DNA from: Octopus sinensis
Lineage: Eukaryota
Reading direction: 5' to 3'
Assembly: GCF_006345805.1 (NCBI RefSeq)
Contig: NC_043015.1
Location: 19,654,001-19,718,000 of the forward strand
Length of the DNA: 64,000 nt
Shown here: positions 28,292-42,906 of the stretch, piece by piece
Position numbering within the stretch: position 1 is the first letter of the stretch
How the letters are laid out: every line of letters begins with the position of its first letter
Notes under the pieces: model-generated
The model's database searches: none
What the model was told of the DNA's origin: nothing
Seen by the model: only the letters and a program-made list of their open reading frames with translations
Translations under genes and position numbers: made by a program

Positions 28292-31200
28292 ATACACATA
28301 CACATATATACGTAAACATACATACTCTCAATAAGAGATAATAATTTACTTGATATGAATCATTGAAGAGAAATTTAAAGGGAGACATTGTTTTTGTTTT
28401 TATTTTCACAGTTGATGTTTCCAAAAGTGGAGATGGCAAGCTAAAAATAAAGCTCAACAAGGGAGAACTCCAGAACAAAGTTACCCCCATTTCTAACAAT
28501 TTGTATGGTGTCAGCTTTGTACCACAAAGACCAGGATCAGTGGAAATTGACCTCACCTTCAATGATAGACCAATTAAAGGTAAATTAATATTTATGTTTT
28601 ATGTTTAGAATATATTCAGACATGGCTGTGTTGTTAATGAACTGACTTCACAACCATGGGGTTTGGGGCTCAGTCCCTCTGTGCAGCACCTTAGGCAAGT
28701 CTCTTCTATAACCTTATAAGCTAATGCAAGGGAAGCAACAATGAGGTGTCTCCCATGGTCTGTATATGTATATTTATTTTGTTTGTCCCCAAATCCCCTA
28801 CAGTCTTGTGTAGTTTTGTGCATTCTCATCCAAAATGGAAATGAGTACCAACATTCCATGTGGCAGGCTTGATAATTGCTTGAAAATTGTCTCTTAGCAT
28901 GAAATTTATGGTAGCCTTGTTAACCTACAAATATATAAAAAAAGTAAAGTGTGTGTGTGTGTGTGTGTGTTCGTGTTCCCATCACAGTTGTGAAATTCCA
29001 TGTTTGAACTCACCGAGCAGAACTTTCAGCAAATGTCTTCTACCACAAACTCAGATCAACTTGAGCCTTGTGAAGGAAATAGATTAATCAGAAACTATGT
29101 GGAAACTTGGAATTCGATTCTAAGGCCTAACTATACCACACACTGTGTCATGTTGTATCTGCATGAAGCTCATATTTAGGGGACAAATGTATGTGGAATA
29201 CCCAACCACTTTTGTATAATTCTGTAAGTAAATAGGTCAGTTGATCAAATAACAGAGGTAAGACCTGTGGGTATGGGAAGTTTTGTTGTCTTATTTTTGT
29301 TTTACTTTTTTGTTCCCATGCCACTCACTCCTACATCCCTATAACTTGGACATTTTTATCTCAGCAATGGAAAAAAATGCTTTATTTATGAAACGAGTGA
29401 AATCTCCAAAGGAAAACCATAAGTTCAAGGGAAAAAGTCAAAATTTTTATAATTTTACAGAAAATTCATATAAAACATCCTACTCTTCCTCCACCTCCTT
29501 CTCATCATCATTTAACATCTATCTTTCATGGGGTGGACGATTTGAGAAGACCAGTGAGTCAGATGACAGCGGTATATTCCTATGTTTGCTTTGCCATAAT
29601 TTCTGGGGATGGATTCCCTTCCTAATATCAACCACTTTACAGTGAGTACTTAGTGCTTTTGTTTTTTTAGCACCAGCACTAATGAGGTAACCATGTAGCT
29701 TGCAAAATTAATCCATTTGTGCCCATGGTTCTTTTTTTTTAGGACCAGAAGGATAATCCATCATATTTCTGCAACACCTGTATTTTTCTGAGATATCTTT
29801 AGTTAGTCTTCAAGACTGGAGTGTCATTCAAATATTGTAATATTTTTTTTTATACATTTAATATCAGATAAAGTTGTATAAAAAGAGAATTTTGGTTATA
29901 AATTAAATAAAGATTTGGGCACTAATTGGTTATGATCCCTTTCAAGCGAGTGAGACTACAGTAAAGAAAGTAACAGCATGGTTTCTACAGCTGGATGCCT
30001 TTCCTATCACCAACCACTTTACAGAATCTATTGGGTGCTTTTGTCATATCCCTAAAACTAAAATTAAAGAAGTCAAGTTGAAATGGCCTACATTTTTGCA
30101 CTAGGATACTCTACATTTTTCCTTTTTTCTTTTCTCACTATTTCTCCAGACTCGCCCTACTTCTGCAATGTTATGGATGCCAAGGGGATCGAAGTACATG
30201 ATCTAGGTCATGTTGTGAAGTGTGACACACTATCAACATTCAAACTGCAAACCACAAATAATGTTAACATCGACAAAGATATTGAGGTTACAGTCACTTG
30301 TGAGTTGGGTTCATTCTTTGTTGTAATATCTTCTTTCTGCAGTTTTTTTCTTTCATTTTCTGGGTTGTTTTTTTTTTTGTTTTCCTCAAAAAAACATTTA
30401 CATTTTGGGAGAATTCATGTTTTAAATATCTTTGTTCTTGCATGATAAAAAAAATTGGTATGATTATTTTTTTCAAATTATTTTTGTTATTATATGTATA
30501 TATAATCACTTAGCCATATTCATGAATATCTCTATATATGTATTGACAGGAACATATAACCATATGCATATATATATGTGTGTGTATGTATACATACATA
30601 TATACACACACACACCCTTGTTATGCACATACTTACTCACACATACAATGTATGTATTAGAGAAAACCTCTTATGAAAACTTGCATGATATTTCTCGGAG
30701 GTAACCTGCATTTTATCATTTCAGTTCATCACCATTGCACTTATTGTATTTTTTCACTTACCAACCATGAGCTTTCTTTTTGATCAACATCATTTTTAAC
30801 TTCATTTTTAATAAAAATGATCTTCTAATTTTGTCCTAACATTGATGATTCTGTAATTTCAAGTGTAGACAAATAACTGGAAATATTATTTATTCTATAT
30901 ATGTATATATATTTATCATATATATTTTAGGTTTGTGCTGCTGTTTTTATGATATATATACCACAGATTTATCAGAGAGGGCAGAGAACAAGACAGAATA
31001 TCTTGCAATGTTTCATTTTATCCCTGTATGTCTCTATAGAATTTTCGATTTGAGTCTTTTTTTTTTTGTATTTATGTGGAAGTTGATAAAATATACATCA
31101 GCAAAGTATTTTTGTTTATATAAATCTAGTGTTGTGTCAATTTAGAAGATATGAAGGTGTGTACAAGAGTGATTTGTGTGTTTGTACAGATTGTTCTGGA

Positions 31201-33999
31201 TTGAATTATAACAATTATGGCTACGTTTTCACATGGTAAATTAGTAAAAAAGGAAATATATGAAGAATGCAGTTAACCCTTTGTCTGTCCTGTGTATTAC
31301 AAGTGATATGCAGGTTGTATTTCCTTGGTATCCATGCATCATATATGATACACATTTCCACTTTTTGTCAACCACCAGAGAAACTGGAGACTTAGAAAAG
31401 GAAATCTTTGTATTACTCAGAATATATGACACAAGAGCTAGCTAAAAGTCTGAAAATACGCATGGACGCTTTGGGCAAACATGAAAATACTTTGAACAGG
31501 CAAAGAATTAAGAACTGCAAGTCACTTTTCTGATTCTTCATATCCTGCTTTCGGTACAGTTTTAAGAAGCAACAACAAACATAAGGCTCTTTTAATACAA
31601 CTTATTTCAATAATACATTGTTACATAAATAAGATCTTAGCATATATTGTAGTCAGAGGATTTCTTGATCCAAAAACTTGAACAACAAGGATGGTTACCC
31701 TTCATGTGATTGAAAGAATTCACTGAAGCCCCTCAAACCCTATAACTTGAATGATTCTGGTTGAATTCCATAGCACAAAACAATCTGCAATGATGGAGGT
31801 TGTATCAAATGCAGTGGGCTGCCAACCACTTGCTTTGTCAAATGTCACTTTACTGCCAGTTTACCTGGCAGTGCCATAGTACAAGAACTATACCAGGAAT
31901 ATTACCGTGTCTCTGCTGTTCTATAGCTACTGTTGGAAGAACTGTTGAGATTTTCCACTGACTTAGGGTGAAGAATAGCAATTGCTACCCTGCTGTTTAT
32001 ATTAAAAATCAATTAAAACAAAGGCTTTGCACTTAAATTGAAACACAGTGACAGAAGGGATAAGGGAATAGAGCATAACCCAAGAAAGATTTGGTAACTA
32101 TTTCTAGCTGTTCAGGTGACCACATAGAGGGTCTCCCATTGCTATTATGAAAGTGGATTGTCAGAATCAACAGAGCACCTGTTAAAATGCCTTGTGGTAT
32201 TTGTTCCAGTTCTTTACATGAAATCCATCTAAGATCAAATTTGCCTTTCATTTCTCCAGGGTTCATAAAGTATCCTTCTTGTACTTTGGATCGATGTCAT
32301 TGACTAACCCCTCCCACTAAAATTGTTGGATTTGTACAAAAATTTGAAACCATTATCATTATTATTAAGGTGACAAGATGGCAGAATAGTTCACACTCTG
32401 GACAAAATGCTTAGTGGTATTTCATCTGTCGTTATGTTCTGAGTTCAAACTCAAGGTTGACTTTGTCCTTCATCTTTTTATGGAGTTGTTAAAGTAAGTA
32501 GCAGTCATATACTGGGGTTGATGTAATTGATTAACACCTTCCTACAAAATTCCAGGCCTTGTCCTTATAGTAGAAAGAATTATTAAGGTCAAATGTACCT
32601 GAATCAATAAAATATAATAGCAGTCATTTACTGGGGTCAATATAACTGACCAGCCACCACTCCCTCTCAAAACTGATAGCCTTGCACCTAAATAATTATG
32701 ATGATGGCTCTTCTGGTGGCTTTAGTAAGGATTCATTTATTTATAATCAACTGTTTCATTAGAGTATCCAGGTAATCAGCAGATGTGAGTACCCTTGAGG
32801 CCAGATCAGTGTGATAGGATATGACAAGGCTGAACCTTATGGGTACAATCCACCCAACTGGATTCTAAACTGTTCCTGACAACTTAATTTCACAGTAATT
32901 AGGTTTAGAGTTTAGGACTTGTATGGACATATTAATTTACACAAACACATGTATGCACGCGCACACACACACACACATATATATAGGTGCAGGAGTGGCT
33001 GTGTGGTAATTGGCTTGCTTACCAACCACATGGTTCTGGGTTCTACTATAGCCTCAGGCCAACCAAAGCCTTGTGGGTGGATTTGATAGACAAAAACTGA
33101 AAGAATCCCGTCATATATATGTATATGTATACGTGTGTATATGTTTGTGTGTCTGTGTTTGTCCCCCCAATATCGCTTGACAACCGATGCTGGTGTGTTT
33201 ATGTCCCTGTAACTTAGCAGTTCAGCAAAAGAGACCGATAGAATAAGTACTAGACTTACAAAGAAAAAGTCCTAGGGTTGATTTGCTTGACTAAAGGCGG
33301 TGCTTCAGCATGGCCGCAGTCAAATGACTGAAACAAGTAAAAGAATAAAAGAATATATAAAATCAAATTAAGCAACGGGATATCATGTAGTAGCGCAGTA
33401 CGACCGTTTCAAGTGGTTCCATTTAATTGAACAATGCAAACATTACATCAATTTCAATGCAGCTGAAGATAGCACTGCATTTAAATTGATGTGTCCTACT
33501 TGTTAAATTCCATATTTTGTGCAGCTGAAGATAGCACTGCATTTAAATTGATGTAAAGTTTGCATTGTTCAATAAAATGGAACCACTTGAAACGGTTGTA
33601 CTGCATTACTACTTGATATCCTGTTGCACATTTTGATTTTATACATATATATAGTGAAAGTGCATGGCTCAGTGGTTAGAGCGTTGGGCTTACAATCATG
33701 GGGTTGTTAATTTGATTCCCAGACTGGGCTGTGTGTTAGGTCCTTGAGCAAGACACTTTATATTGCGTTGCTCCAGTTTACTCAATTGTAGAAACAAGTT
33801 ATGATATCACTGGTGTCAAGCTGTATCAGCCTTTGACTTTCTCTTGGTTAACATCAGTGACTTGGGAGGAAAGACTGATATGCATGGGCAACTGCTGGAC
33901 TTCCACAAAACAAACTTGCCTGGACTTGTGCTTCGGAGGGTTACTTTCTAGGTGCAATCCCATGCTCATGCGTGATCAAAAGGGGTTCTTATATATATA

Positions 34000-34034
<35 letters not shown>

Positions 34035-34114
34035 AGAAACTTTGAGGCGAGGTTGTTTTATGGAAGTCCAGCAGTTGCCTATGTATATCACTCTCTCATC
34101 CTATGCCACCAATA

Positions 34115-34174
<60 letters not shown>

Positions 34175-37100
34175 GTCAAATGACTGAAACAAATAAAAGA
34201 ATATATATATATGCATATTTTATGCGTAAGATTTGCAGTGTAGTGATAATAAAACTAAGTATTGCCAAGGAAAAAGAAGTATACTAACACCAACATATGT
34301 GCACTTCAAAATACAAAGCACTAACACATGCATGTGCACTGTGCATGGCAACACATCAGTCTGCATGTGGGTGCATTTATAAAGTTTGGACATTTCACAA
34401 TATCTCTCAAATATTTCACTTCATAGATCTGCAAATTCTTCACAAATGCATTATATTCAAATATTTTCATAATATAAATCTCATTTCCCAAACCATTAAA
34501 CAACAAACAGGATTCATGATTCCATTACCAAATTTAAAAGAACCCTTTTTTGTTTTGTTTTTTTTTTTGTTTTGCTTTTATTTTTTTTTTTATTTCTTTG
34601 ATATTTTGTTGTTATTCTCGAAGACTGTTGTTTATCCATTCCCTCCTCTGCCTCACCAAATTGCCGCTTCTCACCATTGCATGTGCCACTGCAGGTTAGA
34701 TTGTTTTTGTTTGTATTTTGTTTTTATTTTATTTTATTTAAATTTTTGTTATTTAGTATCTTTATTTTGTTGCTTGTTAATGAATTTAATTTTTATATTT
34801 TAATTTTTTTAGTTTTATTTGACATTTTATTTTTATTTATTTATTTATTATTTTCCTTCTTAAAGTAGCCTGCTCAATATATTTTTTAGTAAAGGTACAT
34901 TAGATGCATGTTATAGTCCTACATATAAAAAATTAACTTGTAAATTCTTTGAAGTTTATTATATGTGTATGTATATGTGTATATAAGCATTTTAAATGTA
35001 TTTATTTCAATGTTCTAAATCCTAGTATTAAATAAACATTTCAATGTTTTTCTTCAAAATGTTTTTCAAATTATAGTTTTATTTAAAACATTTTTAGAAA
35101 ATTTACTTTAAACATTGTTTAACAATTTTATCTTGGTTTTTTTTCTTGGATTTTTTTTTTTTAGATAAGTGTTAGATAATTTAAGAATTGAAAATTTAAT
35201 CAAAACCAGATGATGTATAATTAAAATAACACTTGCACAGGTTCCTAAATAATTTTTTAGTTAAAATAATTTTTTCAAACAACAAATGTAATTCATAATA
35301 TATTTCATATTCAAAGAAGACGAAATTGTATTAAATTTTTGAAGATAAAAAAACATGGTATTCTTTAATTTGTCTCAAAATAAATGCTCTTTTCATTTAT
35401 GAATGTCATTTAGATTTGTAGAATCAGTTCTCCCTGAGTAAATTTTTGATAAGAACAGAGTCTTTGTGGTGTCACTTGATCTGTTAGAAATAGCAGCCAA
35501 ATCTCTATTAAATCATACTCTATTTTGGGAAGGAAAGAAAAGAGTAGATTAATTAATTGTAATTTACTCCAAGACATACTCTAGAAAGATGAAAGGTCAT
35601 AGCTGTAATATCTTTAATCATAATCCTGCTTAATCCGTATTGACCCAGGGCCAAATCTTTGGCACAAAGAATCATCACCACCATCCACCTCTGGATATTA
35701 CTATCCCATGTTCTAGGGCTCATTGGAATGGTTACCCAGTTTCCTTGGTTTATACGTGATTGGGATCACAACATTCTCACTGGATGCGAAGCCAGTCCAT
35801 TGGAGAGTTCCTCTTTTACAGCTGAGTGGACTGAAGCAACATGAAACTAAGTGTTTTACTCAAGAAAGCAATGTCCTGTCTGGTCCAGGAGTTGAAACCA
35901 ACACTCTAACCATTTGACTACATACATTTGGTGTAAAGAATGTTGGTTAAATAATTATTTAATTGACATTCTAGCCATTTTGGTCTTACTGCATTATTAT
36001 ACAGTATGTCACAAGATATATAATGTACTGTTCCATGATGGTAAGATCAATAAAAAAAAGTACTCCATCTGGTGAGAGATAAATATCTTTTAATAGACAC
36101 AATACATGTTTCTATGTGCTACTAATAGCTTCTTGTGCTGAGAACATGCCAAACAATGCATTATAATACATCTGACATCTTGGAACATTCATGAGAGACA
36201 GCCCACATGGCATAAAGAACAAAAAATTTGTTATATATAAGCACAGGTATGGGTGTGTGGAGGCACAGATGTGGCTGTGTGGTAAAAAGCTTACTTCCCA
36301 ACTACATGGTTCTGGGTTCAGTCCCACTGCATAGCACTTTGGGTGTCTTCTATAGCCTCAGGCCAACCAAAGCCTTATGGGTGGATTTGATAGGCCACAA
36401 CTGGAAGAAGCCCATCATGTGTGGTGTGTGTGTGTGTGTGTGTATGTATTTATGTGTGTGCCATTGTGTCTATGTTTGTCCCCCACCATTGCTTGACAAC
36501 CGATGTTGGTGTGTTTATGTCCCCAAAACTTAATAGTTCAGCAAAATAGATAGATAGAATAAGTACTAGGTTTACAAAGGATAAGTACTGGAGTCGATTT
36601 GTTCGACTAAAGGTGGTGCTCCAGCATGGGTACAGTCAAATGACTGAAACATGTAAAAGAATATATATATAACATAAAGCATGATTCCCATCTCAAACAC
36701 AGTAGAACATGAGTTAATTCTATATGTGGATGGTTGGTTGTAGGTAGGGTTGTTTGGGTAGGTGGGTAGATGGATGGATCAATAGAATGCTAGCTTAATA
36801 CCATGAGGTATTTAATTGCATCTTTTATATTCTAAGTTCACATCTCACCTAGGTCCACTTTGCCATCCATCCTTTCAAGGTTGACTTAATAATCATCGGC
36901 TAAAGAATATATTTAATTTTGTTTTGTGGGAGTTAAAAACTCCAGGAATGATCATAGACATCCTGAATTCACCCAAGTTGGGTCTCATCATTGTTTAGTG
37001 CTCTCGGAACTACACATGCCTTCTTTGAAATCCATTGAATCTAATTAAATATGTATAATTAATCACCTGGCAATAAATTCATTAGGCAAATTATATAATA

Positions 37101-39639
37101 TATTATAGAGGGTATGAATTAAATAATTTTAATGAAAAAATATATATTTAGTTTTATATATTAAAACCTTTGGTTTCTATATTAGTTTGAATAAATATGA
37201 ATTAAACTATTTTTTATGAAAAAATATATATTTAGTCTTGTACGAAAATAATTTGGTGATTAAAAATCCCTTAGAGATTTGGCTGCTATACTGAGCTCCT
37301 CAGATGACCACACAAAGGGTTTCTTGTTGGTTTACAGCTGATCTAGTATTATGTACTATTTGGTCATGTGATAACATAGTGATTGAAATATTATACTCAA
37401 AGGGATAAACATAAAATGCATGTTCTGTGCAATCAGAAATATAAGGAAAATTCTATTTAATTTCATTTTATTTTAAAATATCAAAAGAGAACAAAAAATA
37501 TCTTTCAGTTTTCGTTTTCTTTTATAAATTATTTTTGCTTGTGTTTACTTATCAATGAACTTAATTAAAATTAATTTGTAATTTATCTGATTACTTTTTC
37601 TTTTCGCCTTCTCACCTTGGATTTTTTTTTTTTCAAACCAATCCTTTCAGCACCATCTGGTAGAAAAATACCATCCCAATTAACAGGATCACCTGAACTT
37701 GGATTCCAAGTTGAGTATACTCCAACAGAAGTTGGTACGTTGAATATTCCTTTAAAAGATCTCACACACACACACACACACACACATATATAAAGCAAAT
37801 GACAGAGGATCCAAGAATCTGAAAAGTTACTTCAGTCAGCACTCATTTCAATACTGGCAAACAGAATGTATAGAAATGAACAATGTGTTTCATACAAGCC
37901 TGAAAATCTCAGTCACAAATTATAAAATAACAATCAAAGAATGGAGGTATTGGTGTCACATACATTTCTTTGTTACGGCTGTTTCAACAACATATGGATA
38001 ATAAATCATACAACAAATTGGAAAACATGAATATGAGCAATTGGTCTTTTATTATATATTCAACATTCCATTGCTCATATTTATGTTTTCGAACTTGTTA
38101 AATGATTTATTATCCATATGTTGTTGAAACAGTTATAACCAAAGAATATATGTGACACCAATACTTCCATTCTTTGCTTGCTATATATATATATACATAT
38201 ATATATATGCATATATATATACATATATATATTATATACATATATATATATATACATATATATATATGTATATATATACATATATTATATATGTTATATA
38301 TATATTATATATATACATATATATACTATACTATATATGTATATATATATATACATATATATATACAGATATATATATGTATATATATATATACATATAT
38401 ATAAATAATATATATATGATATATATATATACATATATATACATATATATAGATTATATGTATATATATATATATATATAGACATATATATATATATGTA
38501 TATTATATATCTATATCTATATATATGTATATATAGTATATATATACTAGTATATCTCTATAGATCATATATATGCTATATATATATATATATATGTAGA
38601 TATATAGATATATGTATATATATATATATATGTATATAGAATATTTTATTATATATATATAGGTATATATATATATTATCTGTATAATATATATATTATG
38701 TATTATATATATATATATGGTATAATATATATATATATGTAGTAATATATATATATATGTATATATATATATGTGTATATATATATGTGTATATCTATAT
38801 ATGTATATTATGTGTATATGATATATATATATGTATATATATAGGTAGATATATCTGTATATATGTATATTATCTATATAGTATATATTATTATGATTAT
38901 GTTTATATATAGGTAATATGGTATATATATATATTACATATGTATAATAATAATACATATATATATATACATACATATATATACATATATAACTATACAT
39001 CTATTATATATATATATATATACATATGCCTATATATATATATACATAGACATATATATATAACATATAATATACATATAAGATACATATATATATATAT
39101 ATATAATTATATGATATATATATATATATTATATATATATATATATATTAATATATCTATACATATATATATATACATATATATATATATTATATATTAT
39201 ATATTATCATCTATATATACATACTATTATATATACATATATATATAAAATATATATACATATATAATATATATATATAATATATATATATATATATCTA
39301 TATACTATATATATACATATATATATATACATATATATATATAATTATATATATACATATAATATATACATATATATATATACCTACATTATTATATATA
39401 TACATATATCTATATATACATATATATTATACATAATATATATATAGAGTTCTTATATATATAATACAGATATCTATACTATACATATATATATCTATAA
39501 TACATATATATATATACATATATATCTTCTATATATATACATATATATATATATACATATAAGATATATACATATATATCTATATACATAATATATTATA
39601 TACATATATATATATAAAACATATTATATATATAGATAC

Positions 39640-39693
<54 letters not shown>

Positions 39694-40408
39694 GACATAT
39701 GATATAAATATACACTATATATATAATATATATACATATAGACCTATATACATATATATATCCTTAAATCCTTAAAAAATGTTTAGCCCGAAGGCCGCAG
39801 CCATGCTGGGGCACCACGCGAATGAGCCAGAAGTTTGTGAAGCCACCTATGATACGTGGCACTTGATCAACAAGGAGTTCGATGCTGCTGCCGCATCCGT
39901 GTCTCCTGTCGTGAGGTAGGTTCATCTGGGACTCCCAACAAGAAGGGATCCAGTTAGTTTTAAGAAACCCACATCCACACCATGTAAGTCTCTCAGGCAT
40001 TTAGGGAGGATGTTTGAAAAGCTGTGGTCCTCTGAAACCCAAGCTGTTGCAGTATCTGGACCTGATTTTGATGTGATGTTGGATCCTTGCACCACGCAGC
40101 GGCGCCCCGTTCTGCGGTTGGAGTAACTTTGAATGCCAAAGTTTGGGATAGGACCCCCAGGATTTTCCATATATACATTATATAGTATATATATATATAG
40201 ATATATATATGACATATATATATACTATAGATATCATATATATTATATATATATACAGATATAGATTATACATATAGATATATATATATAGATATAACAT
40301 ATATATATACTATATATATATATAAGATACTTATAGAGACAGAGAGAATATGTCAGATATATAGATACATTTATAATACAGATATATATATACATATATA
40401 CTATATAC

Positions 40409-40439
<31 letters not shown>

Positions 40440-41318
40440 CATAGATAGAATATATTACATACATAGATATAATATACATACATATATATATACATAAGAG
40501 ATATACATACATATATATTATACCATACATATATAATATACATAATATATTATACATACATATATATATATACATATATATATATTACATTAGATATATA
40601 TATATATATAGTTATATAAAAATATATAGAGATATATATATATATATATATAGAATAGATATATCTATATAGGATATATTATTATATAATATACTATATA
40701 TATATATATAATATATATATACATATCTATATATTATAATAGATATATATACCCTAGAGATATATATCATATATACTTATATATATATACATATATATAT
40801 ATATACATATAAGAGTATATCTATATACATATAGATATATACATATATATATATATAAGATATAGACATATATCGTATATATACATAGATATATATACAT
40901 AGAATATACAATAGATATGAATAGAATATCTATTATATACCTATAGAGATATACATATAGATAGAACTATATATAACATATAGATCGACATATATATATA
41001 CAGAAAGAAGACATATATATACATATATATAGACATATATATAACATATATATATACCATATATCTATATTTATTATTTTATACATATAAGAGATAGTAT
41101 ATATAGGACATATAGATATACATATAATATATATACAGATCTATATACATATATATATGACATATATATTATAGACATATATAGATATACATATATATAG
41201 ATACATATATATAGATACATATATATATATAGAATATAGATATATATATATCACATATATATATATATACATATATATCCTATAACTATAGAGATATATA
41301 AATATATAATAGATCTAG

Positions 41319-41353
<35 letters not shown>

Positions 41354-41517
41354 TACGATATAACATAGTATATAGACACACATATATATATATACACACA
41401 TATAATATATATATTATATATATACCAATATATATATAGATGATATACATATAGATATATACATATATATATTATATAATATATATATATATATACCAAT
41501 ATATATATACTCCACAT

Positions 41518-41548
<31 letters not shown>

Positions 41549-41689
41549 CTATATTACTATTATATATATACATATCTATCTAAATATATATATATATACC
41601 ATATATCATATACATATATATATATATACATATATTATATATATATATTAGATATATCATATATATATATCATGATATACATATCTATA

Positions 41690-41730
<41 letters not shown>

Positions 41731-42869
41731 CCATATTATTAATATATATAATATAGATATATATATATACATATATATACATATCCTTCATATATATATA
41801 TATTATATACACTTATATATATAGTACTATATATATATACATATATCCCATATATCCCTAGATAATATATAGATATCACTACTATATATAATTAATTCAT
41901 ATTATATATATATAGTATCATACTATAACTCATAGATATATTATATATATATACTATATATATTATACATATATATAGAATATATATACATCTATAGATA
42001 TACGATACTATACATATATATATATATATATACATATATATACACTTTATATATATACCGATCTATATATACCATACATATATAATATATATATATAATT
42101 ATACCCCCAGAATATCTATCGAAGACCTATCATTTTCTAGACTTAGATATTATATATCATATATAGATATATCCATATAGTACCTATATTATATATATAT
42201 ATATATATATATACATATCTATATATATATAATATATATAAGATATATAATAGACATATATATATATATATATATACATTATAATATATAGATACCATAT
42301 ATATAGATATATACTATATACATATATATATATATATTATATACATATATATATATATGATATATAAATATACTACTATATATATAGATACAATATATAT
42401 ATATAATATACATATATATATATATCTACATTATATATATATATATATATAAATATATATATATAGACATATTATTACATATATATATATATAATATATA
42501 TACAAATATAGATATACATATATATACATTATATATATATCTATATATATATTATAAATATATATATATATATACTAACTATAATAATATATATATATAT
42601 ACATATTATATATATACATATATCCCTACCTAGATATATATATATATATAATATATATATACTATAATACATATATATATATATATACATATTATAATAA
42701 TCTATATTACATATATATACATATATATATATATATATCTATCTACATCTATATACTATCTATATTATATACATATTATATAATATATATATATATACAT
42801 ATCATACATCATACTATATATATATATATATAATACATATTATATACATCATATATATCATATATATAC

Positions 42870-42906
<37 letters not shown>

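Noticed and set aside
30931-31145. In-frame alternative terminal exon after exon A3 ([10 protein letters not shown]...VVSI*)
   Set aside because: The acceptor is plausible, but the peptide is low-complexity and intron-like and there is no independent support.
31270-31990. Unique-looking stretch starting TTAACCCTTT with short Cys-containing frames
   Set aside because: No matching second TIR or interpretable protein motif found; probably a decayed transposon, left unannotated.
34297-34803. 168-aa hydrophobic ORF
   Set aside because: The Phe/Leu richness comes from U-rich intronic tracts; no recognisable domain.
39764-40215. GC-rich island that might be foreign (horizontally transferred) DNA or a nested gene
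   Set aside because: Better explained as a frameshifted LINE ORF2 C-terminus with 3' tail.
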